A DNA stretch of 56,515 nucleotides, filler included, from Sphacelaria rigidula (lineage: Eukaryota): the NCBI GenBank assembly GCA_964200075.2. It is 5 parts of 5 records of this genome, joined end to end, with 100 filler letters (N's around TTAATTAATTAA, not from the genome) between each part and the next. Parts side by side here need not be neighbours in the genome. Positions count along the whole stretch, not along the records: positions 33,970 to 45,192 come from CAXNAA020005213.1; positions 45,293 to 56,515 come from CAXNAA020005214.1; 3 more parts are not named here. One strand, given 5' to 3'. Positions 39,948 to 51,748 of the stretch are shown piece by piece. How positions within the stretch are numbered: the stretch's first letter is position 1; the number at the start of each line of letters is the position of its first letter. A program made the position numbers and the translations under genes. The notes below the pieces were generated by a model, which was given only the letters and a program-made list of their open reading frames with translations, searched no databases and was not told where the DNA came from.

Positions 39948-41408
39948 CTGGCTACCCGACGCGAAACTCCTTTCCGTTGCCGCTGTACTGTCGGGTGACC
40001 AGACTCCCGCGCTCGGCTCCCCGTCGCAAACATCTTGACGCCGGGATCCGGAGACTGCAATGATAAACCGGACGGTTCACTGCCGTTGCTCATTACCTCG
40101 GAGGCGGTGCTCGAAACCACCTCCGGGAGCAACGCACGGGCGACACTAACTGAGCTCATGGGAGATTCCGGTGGAAATCCGTTCGAAGTCCTTGCAGAGG
40201 TCGCAATCAAGGCCCTTGCCGTGGGCGTGCCGCTGGCGTCATCGGCCGATGAACAGCTAGAGTTGCCTTCGCATTGCGTTGTTGATGCCACCTCCGCTGG
40301 TACAGCTGAGCCGGTGGCTTCCCTTGTATTCAAACCGCCAAAGACGAAGGTTGTATCCCTAGTGCCAGCAGTGAACTCAAGTATCGATGAGAATCGCGCC
40401 CCGCGGGACTTGTCCTCTACTACCAAGCTGCCTTCACCGCCCGTGACGCTTGCCCCTTGTCGACAAAAATCTGCTCCCTCGGCCACGCTGTCGGGGGTCG
40501 GGAGACGGGCGCCCCCACCACAAGGATCTGCGCCGGCAGTACCAATTCCACCTTGGGAGGCCTTCTGGCCTCGTCGGCGGGGGCGGTGTCCACTACTGTG
40601 GATTCCAGCAGGCAACGGTCTAGCGGACGCGGGTGACACTTCGACAGCAAGTAACTTCACCCCGCCTGTTTCCGCGGGTGATACTCCGACCAAAAACGAG
40701 TTCACCCTGCCCGCTACACCGGTCCCATCTCCCGATGAATCACTAGCAGTAGGTCCCTGTCGAGTGGTCGGGGGTGCTCCGCGGACAGTAAATGCCGTCA
40801 CGTCTGCCGTATTGGCATCGACATTTCCCACCGTATCGACGCTGGCGACACCCTCCTCAGATACACAACCACCGACTCTGGAAGGAACGGTTGCCCCACT
40901 CGCAACTACCTCCACCCCGCTCTGCGTATTTATCACCTCAATCTCTGATGGATAACGTCCAGCACCCTTCTGCAGGGGGGGGGCAATATCTTTCGATGAA
41001 ACGCCATCTACGCGGGCTAGCCCGTTTCCTCCCTCACATCCACTTGCCGCACCACAGGTACTCTCCTTACGACCCACCCCACCGGTTGCGTCGTCGGATG
41101 GATCACCCGCAACACCCTGCTGAGAAGAAGAGTCAGCTGCCTCCGACGACTGACGATCTACAACGCCTTGGCCACTTTCCTCCGTAAAACCTTGTTTGAC
41201 GCCGGCAACAGTCTCCGTCTCGGCCGCGGCATCGGTCCCAGGCCTCCACGAGGATAAGCTGCCGGCAGTGTTTTGGGGCGGTGACCCGGCATTTCCCAAC
41301 GTGCTCCGACCCGCGCCGTCTTCATTCTCGATATACGCGAAGCACCACTCAGCGAAAGCCCCAAATCTCATTTCTCCTATTAGCTTCTCGCATACGTCGA
41401 CAACGCCT
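39948..41408 (-). CDS. large S/G/A/T-rich low-complexity exon of an unknown gene
   Basis: Inside the 507-aa ORF 39896-41419; acceptor gctgttcag|GC and donor CAG|GTGCGT; no recognisable domain. Confidence 0.5.
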
Positions 41409-41949
41409 GAACAGCACAAAACAGCAGCGGAGCGTTAGCCAACGAGGGACGGTGATTGGTGGTCACGTAGGTTTGCTTCGTGCTGCTAGAGCCGATACTG
41501 TACGTGCCTGGTGGAATTCACAACAGAACCCGCCGCCCGCTCATGAATATTGATAATCCTGCCGATGGGCTCATGCAGCCTGTAAAAGCACACAAAGAGG
41601 CCTTAGAGCATTCCAACTTCGCACGACTAGCACCAACTGCTTTTTACCTCTGTCCCATAGCCGCACACTCATACCTTGCCTCCCCATCCGCTGCGAACCA
41701 CATATGTACTTCTCTCTACCAAGGAACCGGAAGCAATACCACGGTGGGTTTGAAGCTACAACCAAAATACACACTAAATTCGACGACAACCACCCAACAC
41801 CAACAAATCCGACACCATACAATCAAAGCGATGCCGCGATTCAGCCACAAGTTGTCGAGGACAAAAATACCAGGACGGGATTGCCGCAAGCCACCGTTGA
41901 GCACCAGCAGGCAACTAAAGCCAAGATACAACAGCCCGCTAGCGCTCAC

Positions 41950-42235
41950 CCGTAATTTGCAAGGCCGGATCCTCAGTGTCCTCAACAAGTCCAGGCACGT
42001 GGAGTCGAGCTTGAGCCCACACATGGGCAACTGTATCCCTGGGCTGTTCCCGCAACCTGTGGTCCAGCTCTGTTTGATGGTCAGAGAGCAGACGAACAGC
42101 GAGAGGGCAGCGCACGTTCGCATATGGCTAATGGCACAACTGCGGCAGCGAGACTGGTGTGCTCGTACCGGCAGCGAAAACAAGTCTCACCTCTGTTGCG
42201 AACGGGCACAGCCAGGAATCATTCGCCCCGGCGTC
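41950..42235 (-). CDS. two small exons (42235-42191, 42069-41950) forming a degenerate RING/U-box-like motif
   Basis: GT-AG bounded phase-0 exons of 45 and 120 nt give DAGANDSWLCPFATE + SWTTGCGNSPGIQLPMCGLKLDSTCLDLLRTLRIRPCKLR, resembling CP..e / LP.CG / C / PC RING spacing. Confidence 0.45.
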
Positions 42236-42747
42236 CTGGTACGATAGGGGGTGTACTCATGATGATGCATGCGATAGTCATAAGACCATTGATCTCGACA
42301 GGGGGAAGGGGGCGGGAATTTTGGGCCGTTCTCTTCCACAAAATTCCACTTTAATCGCCGTTGAAAGCGGTCAAAATTTGTTCGAACGCGCTTGTTCCCG
42401 ACAAATATCGCTCATTCATGCTGCTTTACACCGCTTTCACCCGAAGACAAGCGCACCTCGGGTGTTTTAGGTTGTTTGACGTATCTACGAGCATACGTGT
42501 TCGTGGAATAGATCCCCCCCCCCTTCCCCTATCGTAGCATGGCTCCCCGTTCGTTGACCACGAATGCACTCGGAACATGCACACACAATCTATACATACA
42601 CTTGACGGAGGTAGATAACTTGGATTTGGTAGCCGTCCAAGAGAAAATCCAAGGCCCGCGCACTTGCTTCTAACCTTGTAATTGTGAGAAACGTGAGCTA
42701 CGTTTCCTACAAATGGATGACTTGTAGGCAATGTACGAGCAACTCAC

Positions 42748-44269
42748 TTTGAACAATCACCATGGCCTGCCGCGCGACGTGCATATCCTTGCAAAGATTG
42801 TTGGTGATATCCCATACCACCTTGTCACTGGCCGCTCGAGCCGCTTTTTCCTGAACAGCCGCTTCCGCCGCCGCCGTCGCCGCTGCCCTTAACCCAGCCG
42901 CCGCTTGCTCGACCTCTTGGCGCACCTTGGTGACATCTCGCTGTTGGCGTGCCACTTCGGCTCTCGCTCTGGCAAGCTCCAGCCGCATTTCTACCGCGGA
43001 ATTGTTCAGCAGCGCGTTGTCAAAACCCGGCGCACCATCGATACCCTTGTCGGGCGTGCAATCTTCGCGCTCGGCCGCATCACCGGCGGCCGTGATTTCA
43101 ATAACCGGCATGTCCCTGGCCTCCTGCAGCTGATCTTTAAGATCAGCAATGCGAGCGGTGGTCGACTTGCTGGCTTTCTTCACGGCCATCGCCAAACGCG
43201 CATCGCAGAGCACCTCTGCCTTTGCCAGCGTCATCAATTCTCCACTCTTGCACCGAAGTTGTGACATGAGCGAGACCAGGTAAAACATGGACGCCTTTGC
43301 CTGCTCAACGACACGACACATGACCGCCTTGTCCATCTTTGGCTCCACACAAGCGGCGTACAGCTTGTCGAATGAATTTTCGAGTTGACGCATAACTTTG
43401 TCCTCGTCTGTAGCGTTGGCTCGCTTTGCCACCGCGCGCGCATTATTCACCACATATTCAATCACGGCCGTCCGACCGCGAAGCTCCTCGGACAGCTGTT
43501 GCACTGTCGTATCGCGGTCGAGACGCATTTGCTCATGCCGGGCCTGTGCGCGAATGGTCACACAATGATCGAGCTTTGCCGTGGCAAGCGCCGCCTGCAG
43601 GTCACTCACTTCGTTGTCTTTGGCCTCCGCTTCGGAGAACAACAGCTTGTTCTGTCTGCGGAGCTCCTCGGACAGCTGTTGCACTGTCGTATCGCGGTCG
43701 AGACGCATTTGTTCATGCCGGGCCTGTGCGCGAATGGTCACACAATGATCGAGCTTTGCCGTGGCAAGCGCCGCCTGCAGGTCACTTACTTCGTTGTCTT
43801 TGGCCTCCGCTTCGGAAAGCAAGTGCTGGATTTTGTTCTCAGAAGAACGAAGGCACTGTTGCAGCCTTAATCTGTCTTCAGCGTGCGTTCGAAGTGTCAA
43901 TTCCAGCTTTGCCTCCATCTGACGAGTGGCTGCCGCCGCCTGACTGCCCGCATAAGGAGCGCGGTCAATCGCTTCGGCGAGTTCGCCCTCTTGCACGACA
44001 ACCTTCCTCCGCATGTCAACTGCCTGGTCCCGAGCGCACGTCTCCTCCTGTCGCTCCCTTGAGCCTCCCATCAACGCGGCGTAGCAGTCATCATCTTCAT
44101 CCACCGCCACCACCACGTTCGTATCGTTGTTCGCGTCACGGGGGATGTCCCGCTCGTTGATGGGTGAACCAGGCTTCACTGCGCAGGCCTCAATCTCCTG
44201 CATGCAGAAGGCACTTTCACAAGGGTTGCGTCGCTCGGAAATATGAAAGCCTCTTGCGTCTTGCGTGTC
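42748..44269 (-). CDS. long coiled-coil exon with an internal 60-aa tandem duplication
   Basis: Inside the 588-aa ORF 42707-44473; strong acceptor tttcctcttttccag|GAC at 44269; E/A/Q/R/L-rich heptad-like sequence; 3' donor uncertain (42760 or 42747). Confidence 0.65.
43482..43816. repeat. 180-bp period tandem duplication within a coding exon
   Basis: 43482-43636 and 43662-43816 differ at only 2 positions. Confidence 0.92.
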
Positions 44270-45192
44270 CTGGAAAAGAGGAAATAAAGGACGGTTGTGC
44301 GATAATATCGAGTCGTCGGTGCGAGGGTAGTTGGAAAGCATGAGTAAGTTAAAACACATTGGGAATAGTTGAAGGTTCTGGTGTGCGTGGGTATTGCAGG
44401 GAGCGCATTCACGTCTGCGGAGGGGGATGTACTCATGATCTTGCGCGCCATAGTCATACTCCCTCCAACACATGAGTAAAGTCGGTTATGGGGCACAGAT
44501 TCTGTCTTTTGAACGGAAGCGTGTAAGATGCTGTAGTTAGATTCTTTGGAAAATCCAGTGACAGAAATGCTCACGAAAACAAAAGGAAAAAGAAAACGAC
44601 TTGGTATTGTAGATCTATAGTGGGTAAAATATGATCAAATTTAGGCCGAGTTCGTCCAATTTGTACCGTTTCCGGCCGAATTTGGACAGCTTCTGCCTGT
44701 GTTTGTGATTGATGCAGTCCACAACATGATAACACACTTTCGAACGAGGCGTAGGTATCGTCTGTCAATGATGAAGCGCAAACAAGAACCATTTTTTTGC
44801 ATATTCTTACTTTTTTTGCCATTCTTCCGAGTTTCAGTTTTATCCCCTTTTTCCGGAAAACGGGGGGAAAAGTCTATTTCTGGGCCAACAGCTTTTGTTT
44901 CAGCCGCTGGTCCATGCTGAAGGCTGCGCCAGAAAAAAAGGGAAGGAAGGGATTCAACCAAAAAAATGACAAAGATTTCAAAAATATCATCGCTAACGTC
45001 ATCGGACACGGTCAAGGGTCCGTATAAACATAACTGACTTTACTTCTGTGCTGGAGGAAGTATGACCACTGACCTCGCTTCCCTACAAAGCCAGGACGGA
45101 GCACGCCGGGATACCGCCGGAGACACTTTCTACGATAGCCCCACCCCCAAAAGTGCAACCAGAGAATAAAGCAACTCATTGTAGGCTGTCAT

Positions 45193-45292
45193 NNNNNNNN
45201 NNNNNNNNNNNNNNNNNNNNNNNNNNNNNNNNNNNNTTAATTAATTAANNNNNNNNNNNNNNNNNNNNNNNNNNNNNNNNNNNNNNNNNNNN
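45193..45292. other. artificial contig linker
   Basis: N44-TTAATTAATTAA-N44. Confidence 0.97.
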
Positions 45293-45342
45293 CCCAACAA
45301 AGCCGGGACGGAGCACGCCGGGTTCTCGCCGGACCAGGCTAA

Positions 45343-45440
45343 GGGGGGGTATTCTCATGATCTTTTATGCAGTAGTCGTAAGACCATTGACCTCGCAGCC
45401 CTACAAAGCCGGGACGGAGCACGCCAGGTTTTTGCTTGCC
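45343..45440 (-). mobile_element. LINE 3'-end stub (family B)
   Basis: GGGGGGGTATTCTCATGATC...TAGTCGTAAGACCATTGACCTCGCAGCCCTACAAAGCCGGGACGGAGCACG; related stubs at about 30233-30290, 42247-42300, 44420-44460, 45058-45120 and 45884-45935; shares GACGGAGCAC, CATTGACC and CTCAT with family A. Confidence 0.6.
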
Positions 45441-45949
45441 CAGGCTCGTGATCACCAAGCGCGAAGCGCCGTGTCGTGTTCGGCGAGTCGCATGAAGGGT
45501 GAACTGCATCCTGCCAAGATTGTTGGGCCTGAAGCGTACTGATTATCTTGCATATGGATCACGACCTAAAATGAGTTGCTTCATTTTCTGGTATAGCCAC
45601 TTCCAGAGACAGCCACGGGTTACTCTGCCTCATGGGTGTCTCACCATTTAAAACCTGCCTCGCACGATCATCCCCTTTGCGCGGAGTTGGAATTCTCCCA
45701 CCCCGCACAACATGATCCAGCTCGACCACCATCATGGTTACCGCAAAAAAACGCAACCGAACACCCCCCTCGGGGAATCTGGTTGCCTAGCTTACGCAGT
45801 GACTGGAGTGTTTTACAGCGTTCTTGTCAACCGATGTCAACCGACGCGAAGCCTTAGAAAGGGGGAACGGGGGAGAGGGAGGAGGGGGTGCTCATGATCT
45901 TGCACTGCATAGTCATAAGACTTTTGACCTCGCATTACCGGGGGGGGGG

Positions 45950-46780
45950 CGTGATCATTTGTTGCTTGCCTTAGTCGTTTAGCCATTGACCACGCATCCC
46001 TCTTGAGACGGAGCACCGTTCCTACTCCTCACAGAGCCACCTTCAACATTCCGGTGCTCATTACGCTTCTTCCATGCATCGCACAGAAACCCTTTACATC
46101 TCTCATCCCCGTCCTGTTTCGCCGTCTCTGGCCACCATCTATCTCCTAGTATAGCCATCGCTTTCTCCCTACTGTCTAATGCATCACACGATTTCATTCT
46201 ATCGTCGTTTACGTCCTGCATTTCCCCCTCTAGCACGTCCCGTTCCTCCTTGTACAGTTCACATTCTGCCACTATATTACTTGTGCTCTCTATTCCTTTG
46301 CCGCAGGGGCAGTTCTATTTATCTACTTCTTCCTCCTTTCGACTACTGGTAAATCTCCTTCTTCTTTCTGGCAGGTCCAGATCCTCCACCCGAAATCGCA
46401 GTTTCATATTTTTCGCAGAGTCCATTGGGCCACGCAAATATGTTTTCATCCCTATTCCCTCTCTCAACCACCCGTATATCTCCAGGTGTTCTCTTCGCCT
46501 ACTTTGCGTCTGGGCGCTCCTTTCCCCTTATTTCCATCATGTCTCTTACTTTTGTCTTGTACCCCGCGTCTTCATCTATGGACAGTATTTCGTCTTGGTT
46601 TACTCTGATCTCCTTCCATATTTTCTCGACTTCTTTATCCCACCTTCCTCCAGCCTTCCCTTTCGTGCTTTTCTTCCACACATCCCTATCAACTATAGCT
46701 GGCAACCTTTTTCTCTGCATGTTCTTTACGCTATATTGCCATCGCAATTTCCTCATGTCTCCGTTTGTTTTAAGTGAGTG
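45950..46780 (-). mobile_element. 5'-truncated non-LTR retrotransposon (LINE), C-terminal region of the RT ORF, frameshifted
   Basis: Minus strand encodes ...RKLRWQY...RLP..V...W...GRWDKEVEKIW..., then LEIYG.LREGIGMKTYL.GPMD.AK.MKLRFRV.DLDLPE and a CPCG..ES..IVAECELY zinc-knuckle-like motif typical of LINE ORF2 ends; ends at GAPSQEGCVVNG* with a short 3' tail. Confidence 0.85.
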
Positions 46781-46782
46781 AC

Positions 46783-46875
46783 GGGGGGCCACTCATTTAT
46801 TGCTTGCCTTAGTCGTTTGACCATTGAGCACGCATCCATTTCGAGACGGAGCACCGTTTCTACTCCTACTACGCG
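46783..46875 (-). mobile_element. second LINE family A 3'-end stub, in tandem with the longer copy
   Basis: GGGGGGCCACTCATTTATTGCTTGCCTTAGTCGTTTGACCATTGAGCACGCATCC...GAGACGGAGCACCG. Confidence 0.8.
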
Positions 46876-48015
46876 TATTACCGGGAGGGGCATTACCGGG
46901 GGGGGGGGGGCGGGATAATTGGCCACTCTCTCCATCTCATTTTATAGTTTTTTACGGCGGCTGGCCGCCTCTGGGGTGTTCGATTGGAAGAATCCTGTGG
47001 ACATGTTGCGATTAATCAAGCTTATCGCTATAATAGTATGCGGAGTTTTGTTTCGCGAGAAACCGGAGCTTAACCGTCCCCCGGAGCCGACAACCCGCTC
47101 ACATGCAACCTACATTAACCGCTGGAGATGTGTGGAAAAAAATGCCTCAGTTGCACACTTGTATGAGTCAGGGACACGGGACCACGAGGTGCACGAAATA
47201 TTTCCCAGTGGATTGGGGCGTTGCTCGCGAGCAGAGAGGACTTGCTCAGCTTTAGTGTAGCGGTTACCGGGTTTGAATTACGGGGCACTGATATTGTTCC
47301 GACAGATGGTTGGGTGCCCAAAGGTTTGAGATATTGTCATCCTCCATCATCAATGGTATCTCCCGCCTGTGCTGCCGTCCTAATTAGGTTGTATGGCGAT
47401 CGCTGATACGTTCGAAACTGCGGTTTTTGTGTCGTTGTTAAAGTAGTATTATGACGATGCGACTTGTCAATCCCCTAGACAACGGACTCGTCCCAAAGAA
47501 GGGGAGGGGTCGAGAGTGTGACTAAAAATAACAAAAAGTGCTGCAAGCAGATCCGTATCGCCTCCGCGATACCGGTTCATGCCAACACCCAACATCTATC
47601 TCACCCTGTTGAGGGGGTCTACTGCTATTGCTTCCTCCCCTGACTTCTCCATCACAAGTCTCGCTTGTGCCGAGGAAAATTTGTCTGCTATGTTTTCCAC
47701 ACAGGTGTCTTGGAACGCAGAATACTCGTGGAAAATGTAGCCATGTTCGGCGGAGCTGTGAACAGCTAGGAATGTTGCGTTGAACGTTACATCGTGGCCG
47801 CACACGTACTGAAATATCGGGGGGAAATGGTCGTTTTTCCTGGATGTACAAGGGCCAACCCCGAGATTGTTACATTTGTTGATGACTAACATGAGACTCC
47901 ACGATGCCGAGTAGAGCGATTTCCAGCGAGCTTCGAACACGAGCGCTGACTTTGTAGAACAATGCAAATGTAACTTTGTAGAATAATGCAAATTTTTTGG
48001 AAGACACGCTGACTA

Positions 48016-51000
48016 TCGTAAAAGTGCGAGAGATGGCACCAGTCGGGAAGATGACACCGGTCGGGGAGCTGGCACGGGGGTGCGCAAAAAAAAGTGGAAA
48101 TGGTATGATTTAATTGTATTTTCGAACCGGGGTCGGTAAGATCGCACCGGGGTGTGATCTTACCGACCCGGAACCCAACTTTCAGGGTTCGGCGGGTGGA
48201 GCAGGGCCGCTCATGAGCTGCTGCATGTACACACATGGGTACCTTTCACGTGTGTAGTGTTGTCAACATGTTGTCGGGGCAACACTACTTTGCGTATGGT
48301 CACGGTTCTAGCAGGATGATGTCTGTTATTTTCATGTAATCCGCACGGAAAATCGCTCATTCCGTCCGAACAAAGTACGGTACACACCCAAATGAAGCAG
48401 CCAACATTTTTTAACCTTCACGCCATATCCAGACTAGCACTGAACACCTACCGGTATACAGCAGATGGCCTTTGTGCTATGGTGATCTACGGCAAGCTAG
48501 TGCGAGCTAGTACGTTCCAGACCCTGTTCCCGTGATCCCTTCGAGCCAGCAACAAAGGTACCTAGATACCGATGATGCGCCCACCGCACAAACGAAAGAA
48601 CGCTGCTCTCTACGGATGATCTTCTGTATTCTCAACTAGCGATCTTTCACAAGTCAATGCCTCCTTCCTCGTCCCCATCCCCCGACACGCCCAAGTACTC
48701 TAGATCGCTGTCGTCCTCCAGCAGCTCCACATCGCTGTCGCTCTCTACCCCTTCGACGGAAAATTTCATAGTTTCTTGAACCTCCTTCTCCGCGGCCGTG
48801 ATGGGGTTGGTGCCGATCGACCCGCCCACGGGAACCTCTGGTAGCTGGAGCGGGGGGAGCGTCACGCCAGGGTGTGCTGCCTCCCATTCGATGCGCTGCT
48901 GTTGGAGAACCTGACGGTAATCTTCGCCGAAGTTGTGCGTGCACTAGGCGTGGTCTTCGCTGCCGTCGAGCGCAAGCGTCAGCCCGCAGACTTTGGAGCA
49001 CGTCTTGACCATTTCGGGCGTGATGGTCGCCCACGACTCCTTGCACCACGTAGACACCATCCCGCGGCCCGGCGGCTTCAGCTCGCCCGTTGTGTTGTCG
49101 GCGACCGCGGTGGCGGTGTAGGCGGTGTACTTCCCCCGCAGCAACCGCTTCATTTGCTTGTTGAGCATGCGGTCTAGTGGCTGGAGAAGAGGCGTCAATC
49201 CGCCCGGGATCATGACAACAGAGGTGTTCGCTTTCCTCAGGAGGTCAGCGACGAAACTGTCCTCCTTGTGGCACCTGAAGTCGTCCAACACCAAGATGCT
49301 CCGGCGCTGCGTGATGATGCTTCCATTGTTGGGGCGAAGCTTCCAGCTCTCCGAGATCCAAAGGGAACACTCCCGCGCGTCACACCAGCTCTTCTCCTGC
49401 ACACCAAAAGACATGCCCGCCGCGGGGGTTCCCATACTTGGTACGATTTCCACGGAGGATCTCCGCCGCGATGGACCCCTTTCGAGGCTGAGTGTTCCTG
49501 CCCTTTTCTGGGTTGCTCGGCGGGATGAACGGCGTACCCTTGAAAATAATACGCAGCGACACCTTGTCGCCGTCAGCCATTACAGCAAGACACAGCGTGA
49601 AACGCTCCTTTTCTTTGCCTGCGGGAGAATCGATGCAAGAACAGGAAGGTCGGGAGGTAGCGGTTCGATGTTTTGCTCTACAGCAGTGATGCTGCGGTAC
49701 GCCACCGTTAAAAAAACATGTCGGTACCAGCAAAGCATCACTACAGCAGTTCTTCAACGGATACTTTAAAATTATTGTGATCACCGATGAACACATCAAG
49801 CAAGAAAAGACTACTGTATGCACTACATTTTGACAGAAGCACGCAGTAGCAGCAACGGTCGGACACAAACAACTCATGGTACTGGTACGCAATGTTTTCA
49901 ACAAAGCAGCAGCAGCAAGACTCTCACCTCCCGTGCTGATGCGAGCATCCTTCGCACCACGCTTCTCGAGCGTTGTCTCGACCGGCATCTCGTGCTGGAC
50001 CAGCGTCTGATCCATGTTGCCGAGTTCTTCAAAAACTTCGGCCGATGCCGATTTCAGCTGCTCCGAACTCAGCTCCTCCCCAGGGATGGCGAGTCATCAG
50101 GTGCACACGGGTTTCGCCTAGCGTAGATTTCCCCGGCACGCTCCAGGAGAGCCTTCCGAAGCTTCATCAATGTAGCCCACGCCATTCCCTCGTGTCCTCT
50201 AGGTAGCTTTTGGCCGACGCTGATACGTCGGCGAATGCTGAACCCGCGCCGCTTGCGAAAACGCTTGTAACAGTTTGAGAACTTTGCTCTGAGCTGCTCT
50301 GCCTGCTCCGGCGTAGCAGTGGCGGGTAGACCCCCAAGGGCATCGGGCTTGATCTCCAGGAGCTTGTTCATGACCTCCATGTTTCCACAGCCACGGTGCT
50401 GCTTACGCTGATCATTGATGTAGTCCTCAAGGACTTGATCGACATCGGCGGTAGAAGCTGCAGCTCCAACATTACACAACTTGGCACGAGATAGCTTTTG
50501 GGTTTGGCCTGGATCATGCTCTTGATCTTTTCCTCCTCCTTCACCCACATAATGATCCGTTTTTTTGCCACCCCCAAAACTTTCGCCGCTCCAGTGTTTC
50601 CTACCGGGTGGCCGTCCTCACAGACGACTCTTGTGAATTCTGCTGCCCTCAATTCGAACGCGTTGGTGTAGCTTCCTCTCTTTCCTACACCCCTAGACCT
50701 TTCGATCACGAAGCTAGGCTCTGGGTACTTGCGTTTTCGGAGGTCTTGTTGGCTGCCACCGTCCTTTTCTGCCAAGAGTTCATCGACAGCTTCTTCTTCT
50801 TCTGTTGCAAACGGTTCCGCAGCCAACGGGCACGCACCCGAAGCCGAAGTAGGAGCAGCAGTAGCAGCATTTCCACTGGGCTGTGAGGAGGTGGTTTGGG
50901 CACCTACGTCCTCTGACATGGTTGGGTTGTTGTGCGCGGTGTACAACTAGCGATGTAGATGTGTCTGGTGTGTGCTTCCTATTTCTTCCCGTTATTACAT

Positions 51001-51346
51001 CACACTTTTATCTGCTCGTACAACGGTACCGATGAGTTGCTGTAAGGCGGTATGGAGTGCGGTGATGGTGCGAGAGATGGCACCGGGGTGCCCGCTTTCA
51101 GCACTGCTGTAGCATCACCAGTATGTATGTAGGCCACGGTTTGCATTTGTTCGGGCATCGCATCGGTCGGAGAGATGGCACCGGAGTGCGTTGAATAATC
51201 CAGAAAGAATCATTGAATTGCATTTTGACACCGGGTTCGGGGAGATGGCACCGGTCAGGGAGATGGCACCGGGGTGCGAAAAAAATCCGAGGAAAAAACA
51301 TTTAAAAAGTCGATCGCACCCGGTGCCATCTCTCGCACTTTTACGG
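48016..51346 (-). mobile_element. full-length pogo-type Tc1/mariner DNA transposon (~3.33 kb)
   Basis: TIRs (T/C)CGTAAAAGTGCGAGAGATGGCACC / GGTGCCATCTCTCGCACTTTTACGG; TA at 48014-48015 and 51347-51348; repeated subterminal GAGATGGCACCGG motifs; internal transposase. Confidence 0.93.
48647..50919 (-). pseudogene. pogo-family transposase (Brinker-like HTH, CENP-B HTH, DDE_1), disrupted
   Basis: KRGSYTNAFELRAAEF...AAKVLGV..KRIIMW; RFRKRRGFSIRR; catalytic motifs NMDQT, LVLDDFRCH and LLQPLD; KERFTLCLAVMADG; acidic tail; intron 49927-49619; frameshifts near 50500, 50080 and 49425; nonsense codon at 48944-48946. Confidence 0.9.
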
Positions 51347-51404
51347 TATGCGTCTTACACCCCTGTCTAGCCGATATTCTTGTGTACATTGTTGCCACAA
51401 ATAT

Positions 51405-51610
51405 GTGATGATGAATCGTGGTGATGAGATGATACGTGGTGATGATGATACGTGGTGATGATGATACGTGATGATGATACGTGGTGGTGATGCATGGTAA
51501 TCATGGTACGTGATCATGATACGTGGTGATGATACGTGGTGTTGATATGTGGTGTTGATACGCGGTGGTGATGTATGGTAATCATGGTACGTGGTGATGA
51601 TGATGATGAC
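51405..51610. repeat. minisatellite of GATGATACGTGGT-like units
   Basis: About 12 degenerate tandem copies immediately upstream of an exon acceptor. Confidence 0.85.
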
Positions 51611-51640
51611 GACAGTGTTCCTGTTGTTGTGACCGAACAG

Positions 51641-51748
51641 GTAATCAAAGATGTCAAGTACGGGCACAAGGAGGAATCGAGGGTCAAGGGCATGACCAAG
51701 GAGGGAGTGGAAGAACCAGTCACGGTGGCCGACACCATGTCAAACAAG
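51641..51748 (+). CDS. IMPAD1: inositol monophosphatase family, IMPAD1/gPAPP(BPNT2)-like PAP phosphatase, internal exon A
   Basis: gaacag| then VIKDVKYGHKEESRVKGMTKEGVEEPVTVADTMSNK, matching the IMPAD1-type KGkTxEG...T..D..SN motif; GC donor AAG|GCGAGT; phase 0. Confidence 0.75.

Noticed and set aside
45058..45440. Same repeat on both sides of the fourth linker suggesting true adjacency
   Set aside because: It is a high-copy LINE end at which contigs commonly break; equal segment lengths argue against real adjacency
46919..47260. Hydrophobic segment MLRLIKLIAIIVCGVLF as the signal-anchor exon of the IMPAD1-like gene
   Set aside because: No matching donor or family motif; could equally be a mobile-element relic; unsupported
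51405..51610. Possible CRISPR-like array
   Set aside because: Degenerate short tandem units with no unique spacers, in a eukaryotic intron; it is a minisatellite
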